From contig NIVC01001092.1 in the NCBI GenBank assembly GCA_002269645.1, forward strand, positions 152,136-216,135: 64,000 nucleotides of DNA, read 5' to 3'. The position numbers and the translations under genes were made by a program. Source of the stretch: Macrostomum lignano (Eukaryota). The notes under the pieces are model-generated. The model worked only from the letters and a program-made list of their open reading frames with translations. It was not told the DNA's origin and did not search any database. Of this stretch, positions 1 to 12,700 are shown piece after piece. Numbering within the stretch: the first letter of the stretch is position 1; every line of letters starts with the position of its first letter.

Positions 1-600
1 CTCCATATTCACACTCCATATTCACACTCCATATTCACACCCCATATTCACACTCCATATTCACACCCCATATTCACACTCCATATTCACACCCCATATT
101 CACACTCCATATTCACACTCCATATTCACACTCCATATACAAATCCCATATTCACACTCCATATTCACACTCCATATTCACACCCCATATTCACACTCCA
201 TATTCACACTCATATTCACACCCCATATTCACACACATATATACACCCCATATTCACACTCCATATTCACACCCCATATTCACACTCCATATTCACACTC
301 CATATTCACACTCCATATTCACACTCCATATTCACACTCCATATTCACACTCCATATTCACACTCCATATTCAAATCCCATATTCACACTCCATATTCAC
401 ACTCCATATTCAAATCCCATATTCACACTCCATATTCACACTCCATATTCACACTCCATATTCACACTCCATATTCACACTCCATATTCGCACTCCATAT
501 TCACACTCCATATTCACACCCCATATTCACACTCCATATTCACACTCCATATTCCCACTCCATATTCAAATCCCATATTCACACCCATTATTCACACATA
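1..600. repeat. Minisatellite, 13-bp unit CTCCATATTCACA; truncated by the window start
   Basis: Direct tandem periodicity with variants CCCCATATTCACA and TCCCATATTCAAA. Probably intronic, upstream of the aminopeptidase P exon at 759. Confidence 0.97.
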
Positions 601-758
601 TTCAATGGTTCTAGGTCACGGCCAAACCTAAAAAGTCTAAGCTCTGTGGTCAGCAAAATTTCCGACAAAATTTCGGCCTTTAAGATGTTTCCAATAATCA
701 TCCCCATACAAAACTAGAAGTTCGAGCTCTCGAGACGGCTTTCTTCCCTCCGTCCGAG

Positions 759-3700
759 TGAACACGACAGACCGACTGGCGTCTCTGCGACGCTGGATGG
801 CGCATCGCGGAATCCACTGGTACCTGGAGACCGGCCGGGACTCCAGCCTGCTGAGAAGGACCGAACCAGCTGATCAGTTTCTGCGCTGGCTCAGCGGCTT
901 CTCCGGCTCCAGCGGTGCGTGGTCTGGACTCGAGTCTCGGGACGCTTGGACTCGGGTCTCGGGACGCTTGGACTCGGGTCTCGGGGCGCTTGGACTCCGG
1001 GTCTCGGGACGCTTGGACTCGGGTCTCGGGACGCTTGGACTCCGGGTCTCGGAACGCTTGGACTCCGGGTTGGACTCGGGAATAGGGAGCCTTGGACTCG
1101 GGATTAGAAAGGCTTGGACTCGGGATTAGAAAGGCTTGGACTCGGGATTAGAAAGGCTTGGACTCGGGATTAGAAAGGCTTGGACTCGGGATTAGAAAGA
1201 CTTGGACTCGGGATTAGAAAGGCTTGGACTCGGGATTAGAAAGGCTTGGACTCAGGATTAGGGAGGCTTCGACTCGGGATTAAGGAGCCTTGGACTCGGG
1301 TCTCGGGATGCTTGGACCCAGGAATTGGGATGATTAGAGATTTGGATAAAATCTGATAGCAGCAACGGACGAATTTTCTGCAGCTAAAAAAGCTGAGCTT
1401 GACGTTCACGCGCTGGTAGCGGTGTTTACCGGCTGTCTGCAACACAGGCGCCGCTCATCGTCAATCAATCAAGTCGGCTTGCTGAAACTCGCAAAGTGGC
1501 CCCCTCATTCACTGCCCAATTTGTCACTTCGGCAGTGCCTGTCACCCCTTCCCCTCCCAGTTGCGAGCCGGGGGTATTAGCCTTGACATTCGCCTAATCG
1601 CTTTAATTGCCCGAAGGGGAGCCGGTGCTGAAGCACGAAAACAGATGACCATTGCAAGACCGCACTTGTGGCCTATCAACACTTTCTGGGTAATAAAAGT
1701 TTCACACTTTGCACTATTCGAAACCCGTCTGAGTTTGGCATTTCGTGAGTGTCAATATCGTTGATATGTCAAAATGAAGAAATTCTGAGCGCTACAGCGA
1801 ATTTCATCAGCAAATTTTACGATCTTGTCGTTTCGTCCGATGTTAGACCCGGAAAAGCTTAATTACAAAATTGTATTATTGTAGATCGGCAACTCTTAAA
1901 ATGCAGATTAGCACAGATTCGCTTTTGCGTTGAATTGGGTTTTAGCGGAGACGAATCTGTTTTATAATAACAATAATAATTGATTACACCTGCCCTAATT
2001 GGGTCAGATGTGCAACCGACAGCTCAGCCGCAGCTATTGCGCGGCGCATCTGAAGGCTGCGTACGGCTGTTCAGTCCAAGGACTGGTCGCCACGCATACC
2101 CGCAATTACCCCAGCTAATGCTGGCACCCATTTTACAACTGGGTGAACTGAAGCAATGCAGAGTTAAGACACTTAAGTGTCTTGCTCAAGGACACAAATT
2201 GTTCGGAGTGGGTCGAGAATCAGTCTTGAGTCCGACGCTCTAACCACTAGGCCACAACCCTATAGAGTGTTTAGAAAAATACACTGTCACAAAGTGAATA
2301 GGAACAACTGAAAAATTAATAGAAGCTTTCACGTCCTTATTGCGCTGGCTCACTTCAAAGTAATATTGTGGCAAGTTGCGCGTCTGGTTAATAGTAAAAT
2401 TAAGGATGTGAGCACTAGCATTTTTGGTAAGCGCCTCGCGTCAGCCTTTGCCCTGTTTCTCCGGTTGCATTTTTCAAGACAACACACATGCAACCTGCTC
2501 TCTTTGTGATTCGGAATCTTATACGGTAAGTTATTCACGAACTATCCGATGCTTCCGCAGGTGAGGCTCTGATTTCGCACAGCTGGGCTCGCCTGTTCAC
2601 TGACAGTCGGTACGCGGTGCAGGCGGACTCCGAGCTCGACTGCTCAAACTGGCAGCTGAGCACGGACCAAACAGTCCAGGACTGGATCTCAGAGTACTCT
2701 GGGCCGATCGTCACTCTGGCCTTCGACTCCAGCCGCATCCCCTGGACCGACTGCCCCAACGCCGACTCCCAACGCCTGAAGCTGCTCGCCCTGCCGCCTG
2801 GCCAACCGGCCGACATTCTGTGGACGTCTGGCCGGCCGCAGCGTCAGCGGCGCACCGTCTACTCGCTGGCCAGTCGGTACACCGGCGGCATCTCCTGGCG
2901 GGAGAAGGTGGCCTCCGCCCGGCTGGCCATGGCAGCGAGAGGAGCCGTCGCTCTGTCCGTCACGGCCCTGGACGAGGTCGCCTACCTGCTGAACCTGCGC
3001 GCTACCGTGGTGGCCGGCCAGCCCTACTTCCGAGGCGTCGTACTGCTGCTGCGGAACTCCACCAGCCCGATTGTGTTTCTGGACAGTGGCGTCCTTGCCA
3101 ACCCGGCCGTTCGGCGCCACCTTCAAGGAGCCACTGTGCGCGACCTGTCTGAGCTGGCAGCATTCGCCGACTCGGCGAAGTTTGGTGGCAGCTCCGCAAA
3201 TCGCCTCTGGGTCTCCAGAGTGCACGCGTCTCTCGCAACCGTGGCGACTCTTCTGGGCCCGTCGACGGACCCGCTGAACCGTTCGGCCGTGGAGAACGTC
3301 ATCCCGTATCGCACCCCGATTTACTATGCCAAGTCGGTTAAATTCACTTTAGAGCGCATTGAGTTTGCCGCCTGCAGCCTGCTAGACTCGGCCGCTCTGG
3401 TGGCAGCGCTGAGCGACCTCGAACGGCTGGTGGCCGCTCGCCAGCCGGTAACGGAGCTGTCGGTTGCCAGTTTAGTTGACGCGCATCGGGAGCGGCTGCC
3501 CAACTACCGCGGCCGGAGCTTCGCCACCATTTCAGCTGTCGGGTCGCACGCGGCTCTCGCTCACTACGTGCCGAGGCCAGAAACTGATAAGCGGCTGGAG
3601 CCCAGCGCCAGCGGCCCGGACTCGATGCTGCTACTGGACTCCGGTGGCCAGTACCTCGGCTGCACCACGGACATCACGCGCACGTTGTATTACGGACTCA

Positions 3701-4371
3701 AGAATCCGGCGCCGGAGCTGCGAGATGTCTACACCCGCGTGCTGATGGGAGTCATCGATTTACTAAGCCTGACGTGGCCAGCTGACACTCCCAGCACATT
3801 CCTGGACCCCTTCGCCAGACAGCATCTCTGGCTAGCCGGTCTGAACTACGGCCACTCCACCGGTCATGGAATCGGCAACTTTCTGGGCGTGCACGAGGGC
3901 CCCAACAGTATCCCCAGCTTCCGAAGGCTGACCGAAGGTAACTTCCAGTCTGTTGAGCCCGGCTACTACAGGCCCGCTTCGCTTGGCGTCCGAGGCTTCG
4001 GCATCCGCTTGGAGACAATCACCGGAGTAAAGGCCTGGGCCGAAAAATCACCGGCGACAATTGATGATCCGAAAAAATTGTTTCTCTGTATGCATCCGGT
4101 GACGTGGGTGCCCTATGATCGGCGTCTGATCGAGCCCGCCTTAATGAACCGGCGCCAGCTGAGCTGGCTGAACTGGTACCACGCCGAGTGCAGGAAGCGG
4201 TTGGCAGAGCCGCTGTCTCAAATTGGACAGGCTGAGCTGGCCGAGGAGTATCTGTCTCTGGCTACCCAGCCAATCAGTAAGACTGAGTCGGCAGCTATGC
4301 TTGCCCAAGGAAGCGTACATATCATTGCATCTGCTTTAGTTATAGTTGGAGTAGTGGTGTACAAGTTTTGA
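759..4371 (+). CDS. XPNPEP: Xaa-Pro aminopeptidase (aminopeptidase P, M24B), 5'-incomplete, with a C-terminal hydrophobic tail
   Basis: Exons ~759-914 (..LRWLSGFSGSSG, donor GT at 915) and 2561-4371 (acceptor TTCCGCAG, ..ARLFTDSRYAVQA..); phase-1 join in frame. Metal-ligand motifs are intact: LDSGGQYLGCTTDITRT, GHSTGHG, SVEPGYY, GIRLE. No ATG or signal peptide is seen before 759, so the upstream exon lies outside the window. Confidence 0.93.
918..1330. repeat. Intronic minisatellite, 22-bp units GGGTCTCGGGACGCTTGGACTC then GGGATTAGAAAGGCTTGGACTC
   Basis: Two related 22-bp unit types in succession, starting within a few nt of the donor at 915. Confidence 0.95.
1961..2259 (-). mobile_element. 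tRNA-derived SINE with a CORE/Deu-like central domain and (ATT)n tail
   Basis: The minus strand begins GGTTGTGGCCTAGTGGTTAGAGCG (Pol III A box). It then reads TGTGTCCTTGAGCAAGACACTT..CAGTT..GTAAAATGGG, resembling the CORE of MIR-type SINEs, and ends ATTATTATTGTTATT. The B box is degenerate and no TSD was found. Confidence 0.75.
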
Positions 4372-6758
4372 CCTTGTAACTCAAATTTAGGGAGCAAATA
4401 AATTATAGGATCTTGTACAATCTTGTACGAAACTGATTTAGTAACGACTTTGATCCAGTACTATTATGTCTAGTTATTGATATATTCAAAGGGAACTTAA
4501 TTTACAGTAATTTCGACTATAATTTCAATAACTTTCGACTATTTAATAGAAAAAAACAAACTCATTTTTAGTAGACACTAGCAATAGTTGACCCCCCTTC
4601 GGGGAGAGTATTTAGTACAGTTATTTATCGCAATTGATTAACTAATATTCATAATAATCTCTCTTATTCACCGTATCTATAATTCAATATCTCAATAATT
4701 CAATATGAATATTCATAAATCAATTTTTATATTCATTCTTATTCATAGGTCTCATTCATTTAGTCATTAATATTTTATTACACTACAATACACCACAGAA
4801 AGAAAGAACTCAAGCTATCTCCATTACAGAATAGAGGATCGAAAAGTAAGAAGGAGAATGTTGGCTATAGACAATTATAGCAATTTTAGCCCCCCTCCGG
4901 GGAGATGCTCAGGTTCAGAGCAATGAATTGATTATATTATTTATTTGAAAACAATAGTTATTTTTTTTGTATTATTCTCTTATTTTTTACTGAATCAGAT
5001 GCATACAGCGTTTATTGTATTATTTTTTTTAGTATCAACAATCAATCAGAATTATTATCGGAATAACATTGCTGCTTCTGCAACACCCAACCCCGGAGAT
5101 TGACAGTGTGCACTTTATTGTTATTAAACTTAGCAGCTGCAACACCCAACACCAGAGATTGACTGTGTTGCTTTATCAATGACAATTCTTTTTAATCGTC
5201 CTCATTGATAGTAGAATGCGACGGTCCAGCGATTGGAGTAGACTCCATTTGGCCCAGTGACACTTCGCCTCCGCGTTTGTCTCGCGAAAAAATAATTTCG
5301 TCGTCTCCGCAGCGTACTTGCATTATTTGTACATTGCGGAATGATGCGAACATTTCAGGAGAGCACTGGAACACAAATGTGTCCCTCCGAACTTCCTGGT
5401 AATTGCTAATGATGATGCGTAGGATTTTTGGATATTTGTGTGTAACATAGTATAAGAAAAGCAGAAAAAATATTTACGCCCTCAATTTTCATTGGATTGA
5501 AACTTAAAGCCAAATTTGCAACATTAATTGTCTATGGAACGTCATGCAGAAATGAAGATTTACACTGGCAACTGGCATCAACTTTTTTTAGAGACTACTC
5601 GACATATCAAGTCTTAATTGCCTTACTACGCTAATTAGCATTGACATCTTATTACTCTCCGGACTAGACGTTAACTCTTTGTTTAAGTGGACAGCTTTTT
5701 GCACCATAATATGGAATAGAATATACTAAAAATGATTTAAAGGCCTGAGATATAATTAGTATAATTGGATTTTTAATTGGTACGTATTTTAAATACACGA
5801 TTAGACTATATAGCGCTGTTGAAGTCTCGTCATTTTAAATTGCTTCGTTTGCTCGTATTAAATTTCATTATCCGGAAAAGAACAACTAAAATGTATGTTT
5901 TGTTAAGTGTGTAAGTGTTTAAATGTTAATGATTTTTATTTATGACAGTTATTCTAAGTTAAATTGTTTATTTTAAACAATAATTTTTGCTCATTGACAG
6001 GTGTTCTGTAAAGCTCACTCACTAAAGCTCTGTAAAGCTCACTTCATTATTCTGAATCCCAAACTTTTGACAGCGTGCAACTTAAATTTGCACTAAGTCA
6101 TTAGTGATATTAAAATCAAAACAAAACTATAAGTAAGGATTAATATTTTAAATTTCCTTGAATACACTGGCTAAGCTTGTACAGAGCAGCAAGTAACGTT
6201 CGACACATGTGAATGATATAAATTTTTGATTTCCCTTTTGCTTTAGGTTTTATATCTACCATAGTTTTGCACAAAATTGTGCTTTTTGTTTTGCACAAGT
6301 TTTGCAAAAAAAAATCATTAAAAAAATCGAAAAGAAAAATGAATTAAAATTTTTTATATTATATTTTCCAGTCAAACAGTTGTAACTTGGAATATATACA
6401 AATTAAAAATGATTAACAATTATTTTTAAAATGGATAAATGAATAATTAAAATGAACCTGGTTTGATTTGTTTTGTGGCTATTTGTATCTATTTCTATAT
6501 AGCTTGAAGAAAGACAGAGATTGCTTAAATATCTATATTTTATGTATTGCCTGCTGAACATTTTTGCTACTCATAAGAAAGTGTACTTTGAGCATATACA
6601 TAAATGTTTAAAAAATATATAATTCAAGTTTAAGATAAAAAATGAATGTTTAGAATTTTGGAAAAAGTTGTATGGCTTTTTGTTAAGCTAACTAAAATTA
6701 AAGATTCAATAGTAAATATAAAATAGTAAACTTATAATAAATTCGTTACTGCAGCCTG

Positions 6759-9700
6759 ATGAGAATGTCATCAGATGCTGAAATGCGGCCAATGGCAGCT
6801 GGCGAGAAGACGCCGCTTCTTCCAGCCGGGCCAAGCCACACCGCCGACTACAGCGTGCTGCGCATTGAGAATGCTTCCCGGCCGGGCGGCAGCAGCCCCA
6901 GGGCTGCCAGCCTGCACCGCCGCCGGTCCAAGAGCTTCTCGGATCTGGAGGCAGTCATGGACCAGCTGCAGGCCAAGTCCGCTCGCTCTCAGCAGCAGCA
7001 GCAGCAGCAGCAGCAGCCGGGCATTACCGAGGAGGGAGTCGACGGCGGCTCTGGAAGCGTCTGCGCTGACGAATCAGAGCACCGGCCGCCGCGGTCGCGC
7101 CTGTACTACGCCAAGGTTGGCATCATCTTCGCCATTGTGCTCGTCTCCTGCGTGGGTAGCGCAAACAGCTTATTCACAATATTCACGCCTCGCCATAACT
7201 TCACAAAGCAAGATAAGCATGCACCAAAATATCATCTCTCTTAAACCGCAGACCATCATAGCGGCAACGCCAGAGAAGGAGAGCCTCTTTCACCTGTACA
7301 CTGTGAGCAGCGAGAGGTCGCCTTGTAAGTAGTGCATGCTGTTCTTTTTGCATTGGACTTAAGGAAGGCAGGGGTCGGCAAACTTTGTTTACCTCACGGG
7401 GTAAAGGAAAGGAGAGAGGAGAGGGAGGAGATAGATTAGAGAAGAGAGCTGAGAAGAGACACAAACCATGAGCGGGCCGGATTGCTATTGTGAAGTTTCA
7501 AAGGATCCGAGGGCCGGATAGAGAATCTTTGCGGGCCGGAGTTTGCCGACTCCTGCACTCCTAAAGTATAAAAAATCAGATTCGTTCTAAATGCTGATCT
7601 AAAGAAATGCTTGAAATTTCTTCCTAGCCATCAACGTGACCCCGTCGATTAATTTCTACTCCGTGGTGCTGGTGAAGCTCAGAGGCGCTCTGTTGTACAC
7701 ACCGACTGAGACGTCCACCAACATCACGGTCACTGTGGACGAGGTGTTTAGCGCTGAGAACATGTCGCAGTCTCTGGTGAGCCCTGCAGCAGTGAGGGGG
7801 GTATTTCAAGTAGCTAACAGTTTTTGCGCTTGATCCTTAGTCCTAAGATCCTTAGCTACCGCCTCCATTTCCTGGAAAGACGTCAATAGCAATAGCTAAT
7901 GTTTTGCCCATCAAAAAACCGCAGGTTTGGACTGTGCCAATTGCGCCCGTAGTAGAAAATGAAGTCTCCGAGGAAATTGTTCGGGAACGCTACTTTCCGC
8001 TTAACCACACCGCGTGAGTCTTCATGTGAAGATATATGTTTTTTTCTGATTTTAATGCTCATCAGTACAGACATTAAAAACCCAACGTCACTACATTGCG
8101 AATGTACCTGATTGACCACCATCCAGCACCCCATAGACAACGTACAGTACATCAAATCAATCCTTTATCCACTACCCCTAGACATTGTACATCCAATCGA
8201 CCCTTCACCCACCGCCCCATAGACAATGTACATCAAATCAAACCTACACCCACCGCCCCATAGACAATGTACATCAAATCAAACCTACACCCACCGTCTC
8301 ATAGACAATGTACATCAAATCAAACCTACACCCACCGCCCCATAGACAATGTACATCAAATCAAACCTACACCCACCGCCCCATAGACAATGTACATCAA
8401 ATCAAACCTACACCCACCGCCCCATAGACAATGTACATCAAATCAAACCTACACCCACCGTCTCATAGACAATGTACATCAAATCAAACCTACACCCACC
8501 GCCCCATAGACAATGTACATCAAATCAAACCTACACCCACCGCCCCATAGACAATGTACATCAAATCAAACCTACACCCACCGCCCCATAGACAATGTAC
8601 ATCAAATCAAACCTACACCCACCGTCTCATAGACAATGTACATCAAATCAAACCTACACCCACCGTCTCATAGACAATGTACATCAAATCAAACCTACAC
8701 CCACCGTCTCATAGACAATGTAAATCAAATCAAACCTACACCCACCGTCTCATAGACAATGTACGAGTACATCCAATCAACCCTGCACTCAACTTACATT
8801 AAAACCCACCCTATTCTCTACCCAGTCAAAAAGGCAGCGCCAAGCTCAGCATCCGTGTTCGCACAAACTACGAGCATTCGCTTCCCCTAGCCGTGTCCTA
8901 CGAGACCCTCACCAATGCCGTTTATAACGAAGTGATTTACGCTGCCCTAGTTCTGGCATTCGTGTACGCGCTAATCATATTCGAGCTGGTGCACCGGTCC
9001 CTGGCCGCCATGCTGGGCTCGCTCATGAGCGTGGCCGTGCTGGCTTTAGTAAACAGGCGGCCCAGCCTCATAGAGGTCATCGCCTGGCTCGACTTTGAGA
9101 CTCTCAGCCTACTATTTGGCATGATGGTCATGGTTGGCATCTTCTCGGAGTCCGGCTTCTTCGACTGGGTGGCGGTGCTGGCATTCCGGCTGGCCAAGGG
9201 CCGTACAATGGCGCTGGTGACGCTGCTGTGCCTGTTCGCTGCAGTGATCTCCGCCTTCTTGGACAATGTCACCACCATCCTGCTGATGGCGCCGGTCACC
9301 ATTAGACTGTGCGAGGTGCTCAGACTGGATCCTAGACAGCTGCTCATAGCTCAGGTTAGGCGAATGGAACGCAACCAGTGCCTTTCATGAATGCTATCGC
9401 TAGATTACTTAAATATCTAAATATAGCTTGCAAAGAGGGTGATCGGTTCAATGCGGCAAATCAAGGCCCCCTTGAAAACGTTACTATGACAAGAATCGCT
9501 AAAGAGTCATTGCTAACAAACAACTCACTAGTGACTCTAGCGGCTCTGGAGCGACTCTCGTACTATTTTGTATTTTACCTGTGTTAACTGCAACGACTCT
9601 GGGGTGACACAAGGGACTCTGTGACGCGCTTTTTGGCCTATAGGTAGTCTGATCAACAGAAGTTGCAGAAGTCTGCAGAGTCCATGTTTACAGATTACTC

Positions 9701-12700
9701 AAATTTGTCATTGATCGAATTCTTGATCGAGAATTTTCTTGATACTGTACTTATAGTAGAAATATAAGGAAATACGTTAACAATAAGTCTATGAAAATAT
9801 GTTCAACACATGCGCTGTCCTAGTAAAAACAACAGGTCCTAGTTCCTAGAGCGATAATGATTTCCTCTGCACAATCAGGTGATGTTCTCTAACGTTGGCG
9901 GCACAGCCACAGCGGTCGGCGATCCGCCAAACGTGATCATCGCCTCGAATGCCGAGCTGGCGGAGCAGGGCGTCACGTTCACCAACTTCACGGTGCACAT
10001 GACTCTGGGCATCGTGTTCATCACCGTGGCCGCCTACGCCCTCCTCCGCCTGGTTTACTGGCGCCAGGACCTCGAGTCCAACGAGGACCCGTGGCCGCCG
10101 AGATCCGGCGCGAAGTTGAAGTCTGGCGTCGGACAGCCTACGGTTTCGCCGTGACCACCAGCGAGCAGGCGGCGGTGAAGGCGCTGCTGCAGGCCAAGAT
10201 CTGCGAGCTGGAGCACCGCCTGGCCGTGCACCGGGTGACCGCCACGGCTGACAAGCCATTTGAGCAGACCCTCGCCGAGCTGCAGCAGAAGGTTAGGCTC
10301 AGAGCTGCTTCTTTTATGCGCATTTCTTTTGGCTTTGTATCTGCTGTACAGGTGGCAATTCTTACTGTAGATCGAAGCACAGCATTGCGCCCACTGTTTC
10401 ATGCCGCATCACTTGACAGCATCATACATCATCACTTGACAGCATCATACAGCATCACTTGACAGCATCACTTGACAGCATCACTTGACAGCATCATGCA
10501 GCATCACTTGACAGCATTATACAGCATCCCTTGACAGCATCATACAGCATCACTTGACAGCATCACTTGACAGCATCACTTGACAGCATCACTTGACAGC
10601 ATCACTTGACAGCATCACTTGACAGCATCACTTGACAGCATCATACAGCATCACTTGACAGCATCACTTGACAGCATCACTTGACAGCATCACTTGACAG
10701 CATCACTTGACAGCATCCCTTGACAGCATCATACAGCATCATACAGCATCACTTGACAGCATCACAGCATCACAGCATCACTTGACAGCATCACTTGACA
10801 GCATCACTTGACAGCATCACTTGACAGCATCATACAGCATCACTTGACAGCATCATACATCATCACTTGACAGCATCATACAGCATCCCTTATCAGCATC
10901 ACTTGACAGCATCACTTGACAGCATCATGCAGCATCACTTGACAGCATTATACAGCATCCCTTGACAGCATCATACAGCATCACTTGACAGCATCACTTG
11001 ACAGCATCACTTGACAGCATCCCTTGACAGCATCATACAGCATCATACAGCATCATACAGCATCACTTGACAGCATCACAGCATCACAGCATCACTTGAC
11101 AGCATCACAGCATCACTTGACAGCATCACTTGACAGCATCACTTGACAGCATCACTTGACAGCATCACTTGACAGCATCACTTGACAGCATCATACAGCA
11201 TCACTTGACAGCATCACTTGACAGCATCACTTGACAGCATCACTTGACAGCATCACTTGACAGCATCCCTTGACAGCATCATACAGCATCATACAGCATC
11301 ACTTGACAGCATCACAGCATCACAGCATCACTTGACAGCATCACTTGACAGCATCACTTGACAGCATCACTTGACAGCATCACTTGACAGCATCATACAG
11401 CATCACTTGACAGCATCATACAGCATCACTTGACAGCATCACTTGACAGCATCACTTGACAGCATCACTTGACAGCATCATACAGCATCACTTGACAGCA
11501 TCATACAGCATCACTTGACAGCATCACTTGACAGCATCATACAGCATCACTTGACAGCATCATACAGCATCACTTGACAGCATCATACAGCATCCCTTGA
11601 CAGCATCATACAGCATCCCTTGACAGCATCATACAGCATCCCTTGACAGCATAATACAGCATCACTTGACAGCATCATACAGAATTAAAAAATCGCATGG
11701 AAATGACCAATTGTACATTTGGCCAGAAAACAAAAGGGTGTCACGTGATGCAATGTACATCTTAAATTAATACTTTATTGAAATTCTACAAACCTATCCT
11801 ACATGCATTGAACTTGGTCAGTACGGCATCAAGGACAAGGAGCTGCTGGTTAAGTGTTCCATTGTCCTATCAGCTGTAATTGTCTTATTTTTCCTGTCTT
11901 CAACCGTGGATGCCCTGCACTTGGATCTTGGTATGGCAACCTGTTATTATCTAAAACTGACTGATTTCAGCATTGATTATTGACCTGTGATTTGGTCTAA
12001 TTGAGCTGTTGTAGCCACTTGGTACATCAATAAATGATTTTCTAATTTTTAATTTTTTACACCTCTGCAGGATTTTATAATTATGTAGTTCTGTGAAATT
12101 CAGGATACTTTTTTATATCAAATATTGCAGATTGGCAGATTTAAAAGATTTGCAGATATCGCAGATTGGCAGATATCGCAGATTGGCAGATATCGCAGAT
12201 TGACAGAATGGCAGATATCGCAGATTGGCAGATATCGCAGATCGGCAGATATCGCAGATTGGCAGATATCGCAGATTGGCAGATTGGCAGATATCGCAAA
12301 TTAGTAGATATCGCAGATTGTCAATCGTCAACAAAATTGGCAGGCTGGATCGCCGTGATGGGCGGCATCGCCCTGCTGGTGCTGACAGACTTCGCAGACA
12401 TGGACACCCTGCTGCATCGCATTGAGTGGAGCACTTTGATCTTCTTTGCCGCCCTGTTCGCCCTGATGGAGGCCCTGCGCGAACTCCGCCTAGTCACTTG
12501 GATTGGAGACCAGATGAAGCTTGTGATTCTGGCCCTGCCCGAGTCCTCCCAGCTGCCTGTCGCCATCCTCATCGTCCTGTGGGTGAGCGCGCTGGCCTCC
12601 GCCTTCATCGACAACATCCCGTTCACTACGGCGATGATCCCCATCATCCTGGAGCTGGCTGACGTGCTGCCCATCCTGCCGCTGGTCTGGTCGCTGGCCT

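Noticed and set aside
1-600. Possible telomeric repeat
   Set aside because: The 13-bp unit does not match TTAGGG-type telomeres and behaves like the other minisatellites.
5192-5402. Short ORFs on both strands in a modestly GC-rich patch
   Set aside because: About 60 aa with no recognisable domain or convincing splice sites; cannot be supported without a search.
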